Assembly (NCBI GenBank): GCA_050273025.1
Contig: CP158636.1
Coordinates: 12,214,001 to 12,278,000 of the forward strand
From: Cenococcum geophilum
Taxonomy: Eukaryota
Direction of reading: 5' to 3'
Length of the DNA stretch: 64,000 nt
Below, one piece after another: positions 37,501 through 51,099 of the stretch (its first letter is position 1; every line of letters starts with the position of its first letter). The notes under the pieces are model-generated. The model worked only from the letters and a program-made list of their open reading frames with translations. It was not told where the DNA came from and ran no database searches. Position numbers and translations under genes: made by a program.

Positions 37501-40500
37501 TATAGTATGCCACTAGGTGCTATCCGTTTTTATATTTTTATAGAAAGTACGCTTCTAGTGTATAGTCTAATGCATTTATTTCGACCACTGTCTCTAACTA
37601 TAGTTAATAGATTTTAAGGACTGGCTCCTAGGTAAACAACTATTTAATTCTTTTAAATAGTTTCTTTTATTCCTTTCCCTATACCTATAGTTCTTCCTTC
37701 TTTATTAATTTTGTAAGTAGCTTAATGTCCTTTAATTATTAAGCTATAAACCTTCTATAGTAGTTACAGAACTCTAGAAATAACCTTAACTATATTATAT
37801 TTTCTAGTTCTTGCCAATTTACTATAGCCTTGATCTTCTTTAGATCTATGCTAAGTTGGCCTAGTTTAATAATAAATTTAACGAAATCTGTCTTCCTGGT
37901 AAAGAATTCGCATTTCTTAATTGCTACTAGCATCTATTCTTCTTATAGTTTCTTTAAGACCTATTTAACGTGTTCTCCGTGCTCTTCCTTACTTATTAAG
38001 TAGATAATAATATTGTCGAGGTATACCATAATAAATTTATCTAAGTATTCCCTTAATATATTATTAATACGCTTTTAAAACGTTACTAGTGTGTTTATAA
38101 GCCTAAATTGTATAACTAGTAGTTTATATAGTTCTTCCTTTAACCTAAAGGCTGCCTTCTATTTGTCGCCTTCCTTAATTCTAATCTAATAGTACGCCTA
38201 TCTTAGATCTATCTTTGTAAAGATTTGCGCGTTACCGATCCTATTTTAGATTTCACTAATTAAGGGTAAAGGATACCTATCCTTCCTGGTAATACTGTTT
38301 AACTATTTATAGTTAATGCATAGCCTAAGTTTTCCATTCTTCTTTAGTACGAATAGTACTGGATATCCCGCTAATAACTATAATAGTCTAATGTATTCCT
38401 TTTAAAGATTTTCCTAGATAAACTCCTTAAGTGCTTATAACTCTTTTTCTGTTAACTTATAAGTTAGGTAAAACCTTAAACTTATTTCTAGTTTTAGTTC
38501 TATCTTATAGTCCTATACTATATAATCTAATAGCTTTTTACTTTTTGGTGACTATAGCTTCTTGCTATACTTATAGTATCTCTTTAGTATATAACTTAAT
38601 CTTTAATTAGTTTCCTTATATGTCGCTCCGACTTAGTACTATACTAACTTAGTTTATTATCGCATTTTGCGTTATTATATATCTTTAATATTGACCTAAC
38701 CTATAACCTAATTAATCTTTAGATTATATTCTTGTAACTAAGGCATTCCTAATACTGCCTTATTATTCCCTAATAGTAATATATTAAAAGACATCTCGAT
38801 TTATCTCCCTTTAATAGTTATCTAAATTGGTCCTGTTTTGAGATTAATAATACTTCCTCTATAGGCTATTGGATCTCCTAAAATTGTTACTAGTAAATAA
38901 GGGTGCTCTTTTTACCTATGTAGTAGCCCTATCCTTTTAACTGCTATTAGTGAGATATGGTTCTATATTGCTCCACTATCTATTAATGCTTTAAACTGTT
39001 AATCTTGCTAATTAACCTTTAGGTTTAGGTGTTGTTCTTAAATTCCTTTAAGGGTCTAAGGCTCTACTACTAGCTCCCTCTAGTTCTATAGGCCTCTACT
39101 TTTCCTAACTATTAGCTACTTAATTTTGTTATACTTAGCTTACTCTTTAGCTAATGCCTAGTTCGCTTTTTATCTTTAATATACTATAGATAGGTATTCT
39201 CTGGATATTTTTACCATTATTATCTAAGTATTTTTCTATAAGGAATCTTCCTAGTTAAAGTGTTAAACTTCCTTTCTTTTAGACTTCTGCTGGATGCTAG
39301 CTATGAATATACTTGGCATTCCTATACTATTGTTTATCTATTATCCAGTATATCCTTATAGAGTATTTCCAGTTCTTTTCCTTTGGATTCTTGTGTATCT
39401 TATATATATTGTCTATATATACAATCTATAATAGCGTGTAGTATGCTAGGTGCTTTAGGTTAACTCTTAACTCGTCTTTATCCTTAAGTTTAAACCTCTG
39501 TTGCACTAATCTAAACGTTATAACTTTATTTATAGGTACTAAGACGCACTTCTCGCTTCTCTAGTTCTCTAATTGTTCCTCTAGATCCTTTAATATTATA
39601 ATTAAGGCTCCCTTAATATAATTTATTGCTTTTTCCATAATTAGGTAGTCTTAGATAACTTTCTTGTCCAACTATATATAGAAATCTTCCTACTTATCAT
39701 TATGTCGTTGCCTATACTACTTTTAGTATAGCTACTAGAGTATATACGGTTTATCCGTAAGGAAGTATCTTTTTATTACTGCATTATAACAGCCTTTTAT
39801 ATATTATTCTTTAAACCTAGTAGAAATCCCTAGATCCTCTTTATTTCCTAATTTAGTAAGCTACTTAGCTCTTAGTGTGCCTGTTCTTGGCCTATTAGTA
39901 ATTCTTTATATAGGTACTCTGTCCCTTATACGACCTAGTATGCTAGATCTTATATCTAGTTTCCTTTCTTGCTATGCAAGGATTCTTGCTCTAAACTCGT
40001 CTAAAATTTCTTTCTTTTCGCGTCTTATAAGTGGATCCTTAAAGTCTTTTTACTTCTTAATCTTAGTATTAAACTCTTAATCTTTAGTCTAAATATCTTG
40101 TTCTATTAGTAAATCCTCTAGGTCTATATACTTGTCTCCTATTTTAATTGCTGTTTGTATTATAGATTCTCTAATTTATAGCGAAGCCGTTTGCTTCTTA
40201 CTTATAGGTGTCTTTATTTATACTCTAAACTCTTAACCCCTTAAATTCTTTAATCCTGCGCTAACTTCTTTCTTAAGCTATACTCTAGCCTTAGTCTAAC
40301 TAGGCTTTACTAGTGTCCTTGTCTTATCTTAAGAGTTCTAGATCTTACTTATCTTATTTTAAGAGTCTTATGCCTTTAGAAAACTTCGTCCTAAGCTTAT
40401 TTATATATTGCTAAACTAAGCCGTTGCTCTATCCCATCGGTTTTTGTCTATTGTAGGTCCTTAAGCGTACCTTATTTTATCTTAAGAATCTTAGTTATCT

Positions 40501-42589
40501 CTTATCTCGTCTTAAGAATTTTAAGCCTTTAGCCTTTTGCCTTTATTAAGTGGTGAGCTAGCACTAGTAGTCGTCTGCTTACTTAATCGTCTTTAGATAT
40601 TACTCCTTCCGTCTTATAAAGTGATGGATGCTGTATCTAACGGTGTTATAATACCCGTTACTAAACCTTACTCTATAGCGGTCTTAGTCTCTACTTCTAT
40701 TATATTATTAAGGTTTAGATACCCCTAGTTAGTTTCTTTACTATCCTCGTCGCTGTTAATTAATAAGTACTCTAACTCTATTATTATTGTTACTAATTAT
40801 TGTTTATATATTACTGTAATATCTTAATCTAGCTTATAGAGTCGATCTTATTTTTTGTCTAACTCTTTAGTTTTTTTAAATCCTCTTAACTCTAGCTCCT
40901 ATGGCCAATAGCTTGCACTATACTTAGCGTCTTTATAAATTTGGTATGCGTTATTATAACAAAACGCAAAACTTTTAATTAAATATTCTTTTATTCCTTG
41001 TAGTATACTATCGTCCCTCTATATATATGTGTTATATACTACTAGTCTAGTTTCCTTTACTACGTAATAACTTTAATCACTTTTATAGTCTTTAGTGAAA
41101 TAACCCTGTTTTCCGCAATTTATATAAGCTCCGTCTTTAAACCATTGCTTTTATTATAGAGTCCACTTAAACGTCTTCTGCTGTTAAGATCCTTAGTTTA
41201 GCCTATGCTCCTTAGTCCTGTAATTACTTAATCCTTAACTTTTAGGTTTCTATAGTTTCTTACTCTATCTTTTATAGGCTTCTTTAGTACTACTTAGGTC
41301 TATTAGCTCTGCGCTATACTATAGTTTCTAACTTAGCTTTAGTTGTTGCGTGCTTTGCGTCTTATATAACTATAAAACTCTATTTTAGCCTTTTTTAGCC
41401 TATTCCCTTTAGAAGATCCTATTATTAATCTTAATCGCTTAATCTATTAATTTCCTTAGGGTGTCCGTATCTTCTATTAGAATAATTACGTCCTAGACTT
41501 TAGCCTTAAGTCCCTATTTATACTATGCCATAAGCGCCTTATTATTCTATTCGACCTATATAGCAAGTATTTAAAACTATATTATGTACTTAATTGCTAA
41601 AGTTCGCTGTGTTAGGTCCTAAAGCTTTTTCTTTACCGTAGTTATTACTTCTAGGTCCCTAAATATCTGTGTTAATTATTCCGCAAATCCTACCTAGCTA
41701 GAAAACATAAATCGTACCTCTTAATTAGTAGTAGTTATTCTATTAGTCTGTATTTCCGTTAAGTAGGGTTTAAACTATTTAAGTGCCTATCCCGTTAGAA
41801 ATAGTCCTGTGTAGGCTATCTAATCTATTATTATGGCTAACTTAGCCCCTTCTTATATGACCTTAAAATATATTTACATTAGGAATCCTTTAAGCTTTAA
41901 TCTCTCCCCTAAAAATTGTTTAATTAAAGGTAACTTAACCTTCGCTGCTCTAATCCTATTAAGTCTTTCTTTAAGTATTTAGTTATTCTTGTTTAACCTA
42001 TTAATGATTTCCTGTAACTGCCCAACCATAACTAGTTATAAGTTAGTATCTTGCATACTTGTATCTCTACTTAACCTTAAAGTAGTTGCTGCCGTTAACG
42101 GCGTCGTAGTAGCTGCTTTTAGTGGTATATTATTCGACTTATTAGAACTATAACCGTAGTAGTGATTATATAACGGAGCCTTATAGTAGGAACTACGGTA
42201 GACTTGCTAATAGGCTAGGTATATAGGTATCGCAAGTAAGTTAACAATGTAATAATAACTAGTAGAGTAGTTGCCTAATAGATTAACTCTAATTATATTC
42301 TAAGAATTACTATAAGGAAGGAACTATCTAGGTAGGGACTAAGGGTCCTTAAATATATAACCATACTTCTACGAAATTCTCCTTATACGTGATGTACGTG
42401 TTATATATAAGGTACATAAGTTCCTCTCGTTCCTCACGTTTAATATATAGCACGTTATGTGACTTTGGCTACTATTCCTTATTACATGGTTCTATGGGTT
42501 CTATCCTAGACCGTGCTTATATTAACTAACTAGCTTCTTCTAACTCCTCTCTAAGTAGTCGTAACATCGTACTTAAAGCGTTTGTAACA
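34589..42589 (-). mobile_element. Ty3/Gypsy element B, inner copy of the same family (8.0 kb)
   Basis: 421-bp LTRs 34589-35009 and 42169-42589. TSD CTTCG/CTTTG. Colinear with the outer copy throughout. RT YLDNIIIY ~38010. Confidence 0.95.
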
Positions 42590-45092
42590 CTTTGGGTTAA
42601 CTCTTAACTTATCTTTATCCTTAAGTTTAAACCTCTAGCGTGCTAATCTAAATGTTATAACTTTATTTGCAGGTACTAAGATACGTCTTTTACTTTTTTA
42701 GTCCTCTAATTATTATTCTAAATCCTTTAATGTTATAATTAAGGCTCCTTTAATATAATTTATAGCTTTTTCCGTAATCGGGTAGTCCTAAATAACTCTC
42801 TTATCTAACTATATATAGAAATATTCCTACTCGTTATTGTGCCTTTGCCTATACCACTTTTAGTATAGCTACTAGAGTATATACGGCTTATCCGTAAGAA
42901 AGTATCTTCTTATTACTACATTATAACAGCCCTTTATATGCCGTTCCTTAAACCTAGTTAGAATCCCTAAATCCTCTTCGTTTTCCAGTTTGGTAAGCTA
43001 CTTAGCTCTTAGTATACCTACTTTTAGCCTATTAGTAATTCTTCGTACTAGCGCTTTATCTCGTATATAATCTAGTGTACTAGATTTCTAATCTAGTTTC
43101 TTTTCTTACTATGCGATAATTCTTGCTCTGAATTTATCCATTATCTCTTTAACTGCTCGCTTTACGAGTGGATCCTTAAAGTCTTCTTACTTCTTAATCG
43201 TAATATTAACTTTTTAATCTTTAGGCTAAACACTACGTTCCCCTAGTAAGTCTTTTAGGTCTATATATCTGTCTCCTAGTCTAACTGCTATTTATATTAT
43301 AAATTCTCTAATCTATAGCGAAATCTCTTACTTCTTATTTATAGGTGTCCTTATTTATACTCTAAATTCTTAATCCCTTAGATTCTTTAATCCTAAGCTT
43401 ACTTCTTTCTTAAGCTATACTTTAGCCTTAGTCTAACTAGGCTTTACTAGTATTCTTATCTCGTTTTAAAAGTCTTAAATCTTACTTATCTTACTTTAAG
43501 AATCTTATGCCTTTAGGAAACTTCGTCCTAAGCTTATTCGTATATTACTAAACCAAGCTATTACTCTACTCTATTGGTTATTGTCCGTTATAGGTCCCTA
43601 AGCATACCTTATCTCGTCTTAAGAATCTTAAGCCTTTGGCCTTTTACCTTTATTAAGTGGTAAGCTAGCACTAGCAATCGTCTGCTTACTTAATCGCCTT
43701 TAGATATTACTTCTTCCGTCTTATAAAGTAATAGATATCGTATTTAACGGTATTATAATACCCGTTATTAAACCTTACTCTATAGCGGTTTCGGTCTCTA
43801 CTTCTATTGCGTTATTAAGGTATAGATACCCCTAGTTAGTTCCTTTTTCTACCTTATCGCTATTAATTAATAAATACTTTAACTCTATTATTATTATTAC
43901 TAATCTTTATCCGTATATTACTGTAATATCTTAATCTAGCTTATAGAGTTAATCTTATTCTTTATTTAACTCTCTAGTTCCTTTAAGTCCTCTTAACTCT
44001 AGCTTTTATGGCTAATAGCTTACGCTATACTTAGCGTCTTTATAAATTTAGCATGCGTTATTATAACAAAACGTAAAACTTTTAATTAAACATTCTTTTA
44101 TTTCTTGTAATATACTATTATCCCTCTATACGTATATATTATATACTATTAGTCTAGTTTTCTTTACTATATAGTAACTCTAACCACTTTTATAATCTCT
44201 AGCGAAATAACCCTATTTTCTATAATTTATATAAGCTCCGTCTTTAAACTATTACTTTTACTATAGAGTCCGCTTAAACATCTTCTGCTAATAAGATCCT
44301 TAGTTTAGCCTATACTCCTTAATCCTATAATTACTTAATCCTTAACTTCTAGGTTTCTTTAGTACCACTTAGGTCTATTAGCTCTGCGCTATACTATAAT
44401 TTCTAATTTAGCTTTAGTTGTTGCGTACTCTACGTCTTATATAATTATAGAACTCTATCCTAGCCTCTCTTAGCCTATTCCCTTTAGAAGATCCTATTAT
44501 TAATCTTAATCGCTTAATCTATTAATTCCCTAAGGGTGTCCGCATCTTCTATTAGAATAATTACGTCCTAAACTTTTACCTTAAGTCCCTATTTATACTA
44601 TACTATAAGCGCCCTATCGTTTTATTTAACTTACGTAGCTAATATCTAAAACTGCGTTATATACTTAATTACTAAAGTTCATTATATTAGGTCCTAAAGC
44701 TTTCTCTTTACTATAGTTATTGCTTCTAGGTCCCTAAATATTTATATTAATTATTCCGTAAATCTAGTCTAGTTTATAAATATGTATTATACTTCCTAAT
44801 TAGTGGTCATTATACCATTATTTTATATCTCCGTTAGGTAGGGTTTAAACTATTTAAGCGCCCTTCCCGTTAGAAATAATCCTGCGTATACTACTTAATC
44901 TATAGGTATTACTAACTTTGCTCCTTCCTATATAACTTTAAAGTGCATTTACGTAAGGAATCCTTTAAGCTTTAATCTCTCTCCTAAAAATCGTTTAATT
45001 AAAGGTAACTTAACCTTAGCTGCTTTTATTCCATTAACCCTATTTTTAAATACTATATTATTATCTGTTAACTAATTAACTATTACCTATAA

Positions 45093-45409
45093 TGTAACCG
45101 ACTACCGAGGTTTGCCTCACCCTACGACTCACTACCCGTTTCTTGACTTATATATCTCTTGCCATCATGTCTCATTACTGTATTACCCCTGTCTTTGATA
45201 TCTACCTATCGATTATTTCTATTACCTATTCATTACGTATCACCGACTGAGTGGCAATGGCGGCCTAGTGGCCAATTAGGTAACAGTTACAAATCATTGT
45301 CGGTATCTCCGACAACCTTAGCCACCTATTTCTTGTATATAGTCTACTCGATTTCCATAGATTTACAATTAAGTCGCTTATGCAATTCTCCCACACTGCA
45401 AAGCTTACA
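45093..45409. mobile_element. Solo LTR (317 bp) in gag of the outer Gypsy B
   Basis: TGTAA..TTACA termini. TSD TATAA. Absent at the equivalent position of the inner copy (~42015). Confidence 0.92.
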
Positions 45410-48400
45410 TATAACTATCTAACTGTAACTAGTTACGAGTTAGTATCTACTATACTAGTGTCATTACCTAACCCTAAGGTCGTTGCTACCATTAATGGCG
45501 TCGTTATAGCTACTTTTGGTGGTATATTATTTAACTTTTAATACTATAACTAGGTAGTAATTGTGTAACGGAGCCTTATAGTAAGAACTACGGTAGACTT
45601 GTTAATGGGCTAGGTATATAGGTAATGCAGAAAGTTAATAACGTAATAATAACTAGTAGAGTAGTTACCTAATAGATTAACTCTAATTATATTCTAAGAA
45701 TTACTATAAGGAAGGAACTATCTAGGTAGGGACTAAGGGTCCTTAAATACATAACTATACTCTTATAAAATCCTTCTTATACGTAATATACGTGTTATAC
45801 GTAAGGTACGTAAGTTCCTCTTATTCCTCCCGTCTAATACGTAGCATATTATGTGACCTCGCTTACCATTCCTTGTCATATAGTTCCACGGGTTCCATCT
45901 TAAACCGTGCCTGTATTAACTAACTAGCTTCTTCCGACTCCTCTCCTAGTAGTCGTAACATTGTACTTAAAGCGTCCGTAATAATAAGCTGAGAGATATC
46001 TAAAACATAGTTCGTATAGACAATCTAGGCCTATAAATAGTAGTAGATAGTGGTAAGGAACCTCAATTTAGGTTAATATACCCCCCCAGCTATATAGACC
46101 CTCTAGACTGCTGTAGAAAGACCTAAAAAGTTACGATAGCCATTTGGTGTTAAGTTAAAGAAATCCTCCCTATAGTTACCTTGCCTAAATATTATCCAAA
46201 TTAAATTAAATTAGATCCTTAATATTAATGAGGTTTAACTGCTAAATAAACGTCTCGTGCTTTTAACGGGGCAGAGCCTTTATTAAGCCGTCTACTGTTA
46301 TATCCGCAGTAGGCACCCATTTAATATTAATGCTTCCGTCACGAACTTCCTGGCGGAGCTAGTAGTGGTAGATATTAACGTGTTAAAGCTTAGTGTTAAG
46401 CTCCGCGTTGCTTTTGGTAAGTAGTTAAATGGTCTATAGATTGTTATAAGATATTATTTGCTTCTTATTAGGGTTAAATCCGATTTCTTTAAAGAATCGC
46501 TGCCACTAAATTAACTCGGTAGCTGCATGCGATAGGGCTAGGAGCTTAGCTTTTATGCTAGATTTTATTACTAACTTCTGCTTTATAGATCGCTAGTTAA
46601 TTAGTCCTCTAAATAAGGTAAATAGATAACCTTCTATGCTCTTTCTACTTACTAGATTGTCGCTAAATAATATATTGCTTGCCCTTATAAAGATCTAGTT
46701 TATTATATTCTCCTTTAAGTACTTAAGTATAAGAGTTCTGGTTTAATAAAGGTAGGTAATTGCCCTTATAGTAGCTGCGTTATAAACTAGTAATGGGTTT
46801 TAAGAGAATTCTAACAGCTTACTTATTAATTTTATTGCGTCTAGATAAGTAATATAGGCTATATAGAGGGCAGATCCGACCTTCTTTTAATAGGTGTAAG
46901 TGTCCTACTTTAAGGCTTATTCTAGATTGAGCTTAAGTTCTTTATTGCCTATTAGTGTATAGACTTTGCGATAGTCCTTTATATTAAAGCTTATTGCGAT
47001 CTTATTAATATAAGCGTCTTAGCTAAGTTAAAGCTTCCTATTCTCTCTATTGTGAATTATTTAAATTCCTAGGAACTAGGTGAGTTTACCTAAGTCCTTT
47101 ATCTCGTACCTTTTTATAAGGTGCTCTTTAAAGGTCTTAAGCTTAAGGAGGTCTCTCTTTTAGTAGGCGGCTGTGATATCGTTAATATAGAAGAAGACTA
47201 TTAGCCAATTGTTGTGATATAGGTAAGGCTCCTCCGCCACTGGCTTTAAGCCTTCCTTTTTAAGTATTGTTGTTAAGTCACCATACTATAGCAGAGGTAA
47301 TTATTGTAATCCGTAGAGCGCTCTATAAAGTAGTAGGTACTTACCCTTAATTATAAATCTATCTAGGCTCTTAATATAAACGACCTCGTTAATTAGGCTG
47401 TTTATAAACACATTAATAGCGTTACCCTGCTAGCAGTCTAGGTTAAATATTGCGATAATAGCCATTAGTGCTCTAAATAATCTTGCTACTAGTGTTACGG
47501 CATAGGTATCCTTATATATTAACTCTTATAGATTACCTCGTATATAAAGGCGGGCTTTAAACTTTGTTAGATAGCCATTAGTATTAGTTTTATAGGTAAA
47601 TGTCTAGATAATAGGCACGGGTTTAATATTAATCGCCTCCTTAACGACCTTAAATGTTTCTTTATTTTAAAGGTTAGTAAACTCCTTCTAAGTAGTAGCT
47701 ACGAACTCTTTCTTATATAAATGTTTTTAAAGTTCCTTCTAGTTTTTAGGCGGCGGTAGGAGCTAATCGCGATGTAGCTTTTAGTAAAAGATAAGCCCTA
47801 TATTAAAGGCTGCTCTTTAAGCTAAAAGGCTCTAGTCCTTAGTAATATTAGTTAGGAAGCCTATATAGGCCTTTAGACATCCTTTAAATCTCTTTCCTTT
47901 AATAACGTTTTGCTCTCCTATATTACTAATAATATTCTTTAGTGGCTTAGCTTTATTAGTTGGAACTATAATATAGTACGGCTTTTTTTTGCCGAGGTAT
48001 TTAAGGACGGTAGAGGCTCCGGTAAGTTAGGTTCTAATATCTTATTTAGGGTAAAAAGCCTTAGAGTTAAGTTATCTTTAGAGCTTAAATTTAGTAACTT
48101 ACTACTTTTAATATTAAGCTCTTCCTAATTTCCACTAAAATCACCTATTATTTTCCTTTAGTATTAACTTAAATCTCATCTAGAGTTTTATTGCTTTTAT
48201 TAAACAACAATTCTAATTTGTCTTGGAGGTTCTATATTTAATGGATATTAATTATTTCTAATATTTAGTTAGTCCTTACTTAGAGTATATTCGCCAGATC
48301 TGGCTGTAAGTTATTATAAAGTAATTACTTATTAAATCTTACGTCTTTTGTTCTAATAACCTTCTTCTAACTAGGAATTTAGATTTAAAAGATATTTATT

Positions 48401-50896
48401 AAATTATACCCTATTAGATATCTTATATGGGCCCTTAGCGCGAGCTTATTTAGGCGTAGAATATTATACTTAAGAGGATAGGCCCTACAGCTATAGACTT
48501 ATAGGTGACCTATATTTAGTTTTAGTGGTGATATACCCATTACTAACTAGATATTCTTAAAAGGTATTTACTACTTAAGTCCTTTACTAGGCGTCCGATT
48601 AAGCAGATAGGTAGCTACCTTAAAGACTTTAGGCTATAGCTCTTCTAGTAGATAGGCTGCAACCCTTACATATTAACCCTTCTATATTATTACCCCCCTA
48701 GATTATTCCGCTGGACCGTTCTAAGACTAGGTATTAGGTACTAATCTTTTAAGAGTAATTTCTTATTTAGCTGCCTATTCCTTAAATTCGCCTATAAGAG
48801 ACGTTTCTCTATCTATATGGATTATGGCTACCTTAAAGCCGTATTATCTTTTAATAATATTATAATATTTAATAACTATTTTAGTTAGGGATAACTTCTT
48901 AGCCATTATTTCTACCTTATTTATCCGTGTTATATTATTAAGGAAGTATACTACGTACTTATGGCTATTATATGCAATAATTCCGGGTATTAAATCTAGG
49001 TGTATTTTATAGAAAGGAACTACTAACCAGGTTAGTTTCCTTTTTAATACCACCTTATAAGCTTTACTTACTCTATATAACTCGCATTCTACTATTAAAG
49101 GGCCTTTTAGAATTGCCCCCGTCACTAACTAAGGTAGTTACTTTATTATTTCTTTTCCTGTATAGCCTAATTGCTAGTGCTATATATAGCCTTCTGCCTA
49201 ATTTAGCAGAGGCTTTAATAAATGCTTTACTGGCTTTAATTAAGCTATAAATACAGCCTCTTATAAGTCCTTTAGCTTATTATATTTTACGGTTTTCTAA
49301 CTATAGTAATAGCTATAGCGGAAGTACGTCTCGTTATCACCGGAGAAGAGAGTGTTCTCTTTATTATTCTAGTAAACTCCCTTATTATTAAGCTTTTAAA
49401 GGTATACGAGGTTAGTATAAAAGCTTAGTACGTAGGCTGCTTATAAGAGCTATATCTATTTCTTGCCCTCTAGGCAGTTTATTATAACTATAGCAGTGCT
49501 ATAGCCTACGATCTCTTCTATATTCGATCCTGTGTAGAGGCAATCTAATATAGGCTTAATGTCGCTAATAAATCTGGCTTAATTGTTAACGATATATATA
49601 GTGGTTCCTAAGTTAAGGATAAAGCTGTCGCGAAGCTTGTAATTGGAGACGGTGTTATAGGCTCCTACTTAATAAATAGCAAAGGCTCCTCCACCTGGCT
49701 CCTGAGAGCTCTGCTTATTGCCATCCTTTAGCTTCTTATTAGCTTAATCGTCCTTTTTAATTTACTTAATACGAGCCTTAATTTCAGGCGTTATATTAGC
49801 AATCTTCTTATTCACCTTCTTCTAGATTTCGTTACTGGGTTTAAACTAAGATAGGCGAGGAATCGACTCTATGATATACTAGCACTTGTTAAAGTAGTAA
49901 CGCTTTCTGTATAGGCACTCTGGTGCCTATTACTTTTCCTTCTTCTACTTATCTACTAACGATTTAGGCTTTAAATTTAATAACTTACTTAACTTATTCT
50001 TTAAGGTGGCTATAAAGAATCCTAGTAAGATCTTACCCTTCTAAGCGAGCTCCCTATAACGGTGGTTTTAGTATATTTCGACTAGCTTAAAAAAGGTAGG
50101 AATCGTTTTCTTCTCCTACTTATAACTATTAAGCTCGTTCTTCTAATATTCTAACCAGCTTAGTATAATAGATTTAACTATAAATGCGAAGTCCGTTACT
50201 AAACAATTACTATCTACCTTAGGTAGTTTTAGCTCCTTACACTTAGTGTATACCCTCTCCTACTCCTATAACTAGACCTTAAAGTTCTGGTTCTAAGGCG
50301 CCTTCTTAAGCCTTGCATATTGGGTAGCTATTTAAAGCTTTTAGACGTGGTTAGACGGAGCAATTCTCTGCTTAAGTGACACTAAGATATTATAGGTGGA
50401 GTTACATTTGAACGTGTAGACGAGGTAGGTCTGTAAGATGGAGCTTAGGATTTGACTGCGCAACGTGTTAAGAGCTGACAGTTATTTTCTATACAGCTTT
50501 AAGTTATCCCTATGGTTAGACTTAAGTGTATGGAGCTTCTCCTTCTCGTCCTTATCTAGGTCTAAGAGCTTTGTCTTCCCCCGGCTATTAGTATCCTTTA
50601 GTAAGGCTTAAACAGGTTCTTTAAGCCTTGGTAACTTAGTCTTAGGTATTAATAGGTTAATATACTTCTAGAGACGATTATTATTAGCTTTTAACTTAAT
50701 AACCTTAATCTATTCGTCCTAGTTATTTAGGCTTATAAGGATTACGGATAAGACAGTAACCAGTAGGGTATCTTATTAAGAGGTTATTGTGGGTATCTAT
50801 AATTAAGATGGTGATGGAATTAATAGGAAAAAAAGACTTTAAATTAAAGATAATGCAGTAAACGGCCCGGGCTTATAACTGTTAAACTAGCAAAAT

Positions 50897-51099
50897 TGTT
50901 AGGCCATAGAGACGCACTGGCCGTAACCGGCTTAGCGCAGGCGAGGCGCAGGCGAGGCGCCTACAAAACGTAGTCGCCCCGCATCAGAGAACAGCAGAAT
51001 TCAGTTCTACAGTTCTACTTCATCAAGAACCAGATACTCCTTGCATCCCGCTGCTGTTGTCACATTGTTACATACCCTCAGGGCCTTGGCGTCCTAACA
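50897..51099. mobile_element. Solo LTR-like insert (203 bp) in the Copia 5' LTR
   Basis: TGTTAGG..CCTAACA termini. Absent from the other Copia LTR. Flanks AAAAT/AATTT are an imperfect TSD. Little RIP damage. Confidence 0.8.

Larger units (their letters stand above)
29710..45983 (-). mobile_element. Ty3/Gypsy element B, outer copy, inserted in the Copia 3' LTR
   Basis: 420-bp LTRs 29710-30129 and 45564-45983. TSD ATAAG. PPT after 30129. gag, PR, RT (YLNDIIIY ~33140), RNase H, INT and chromodomain relics. Confidence 0.95.
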
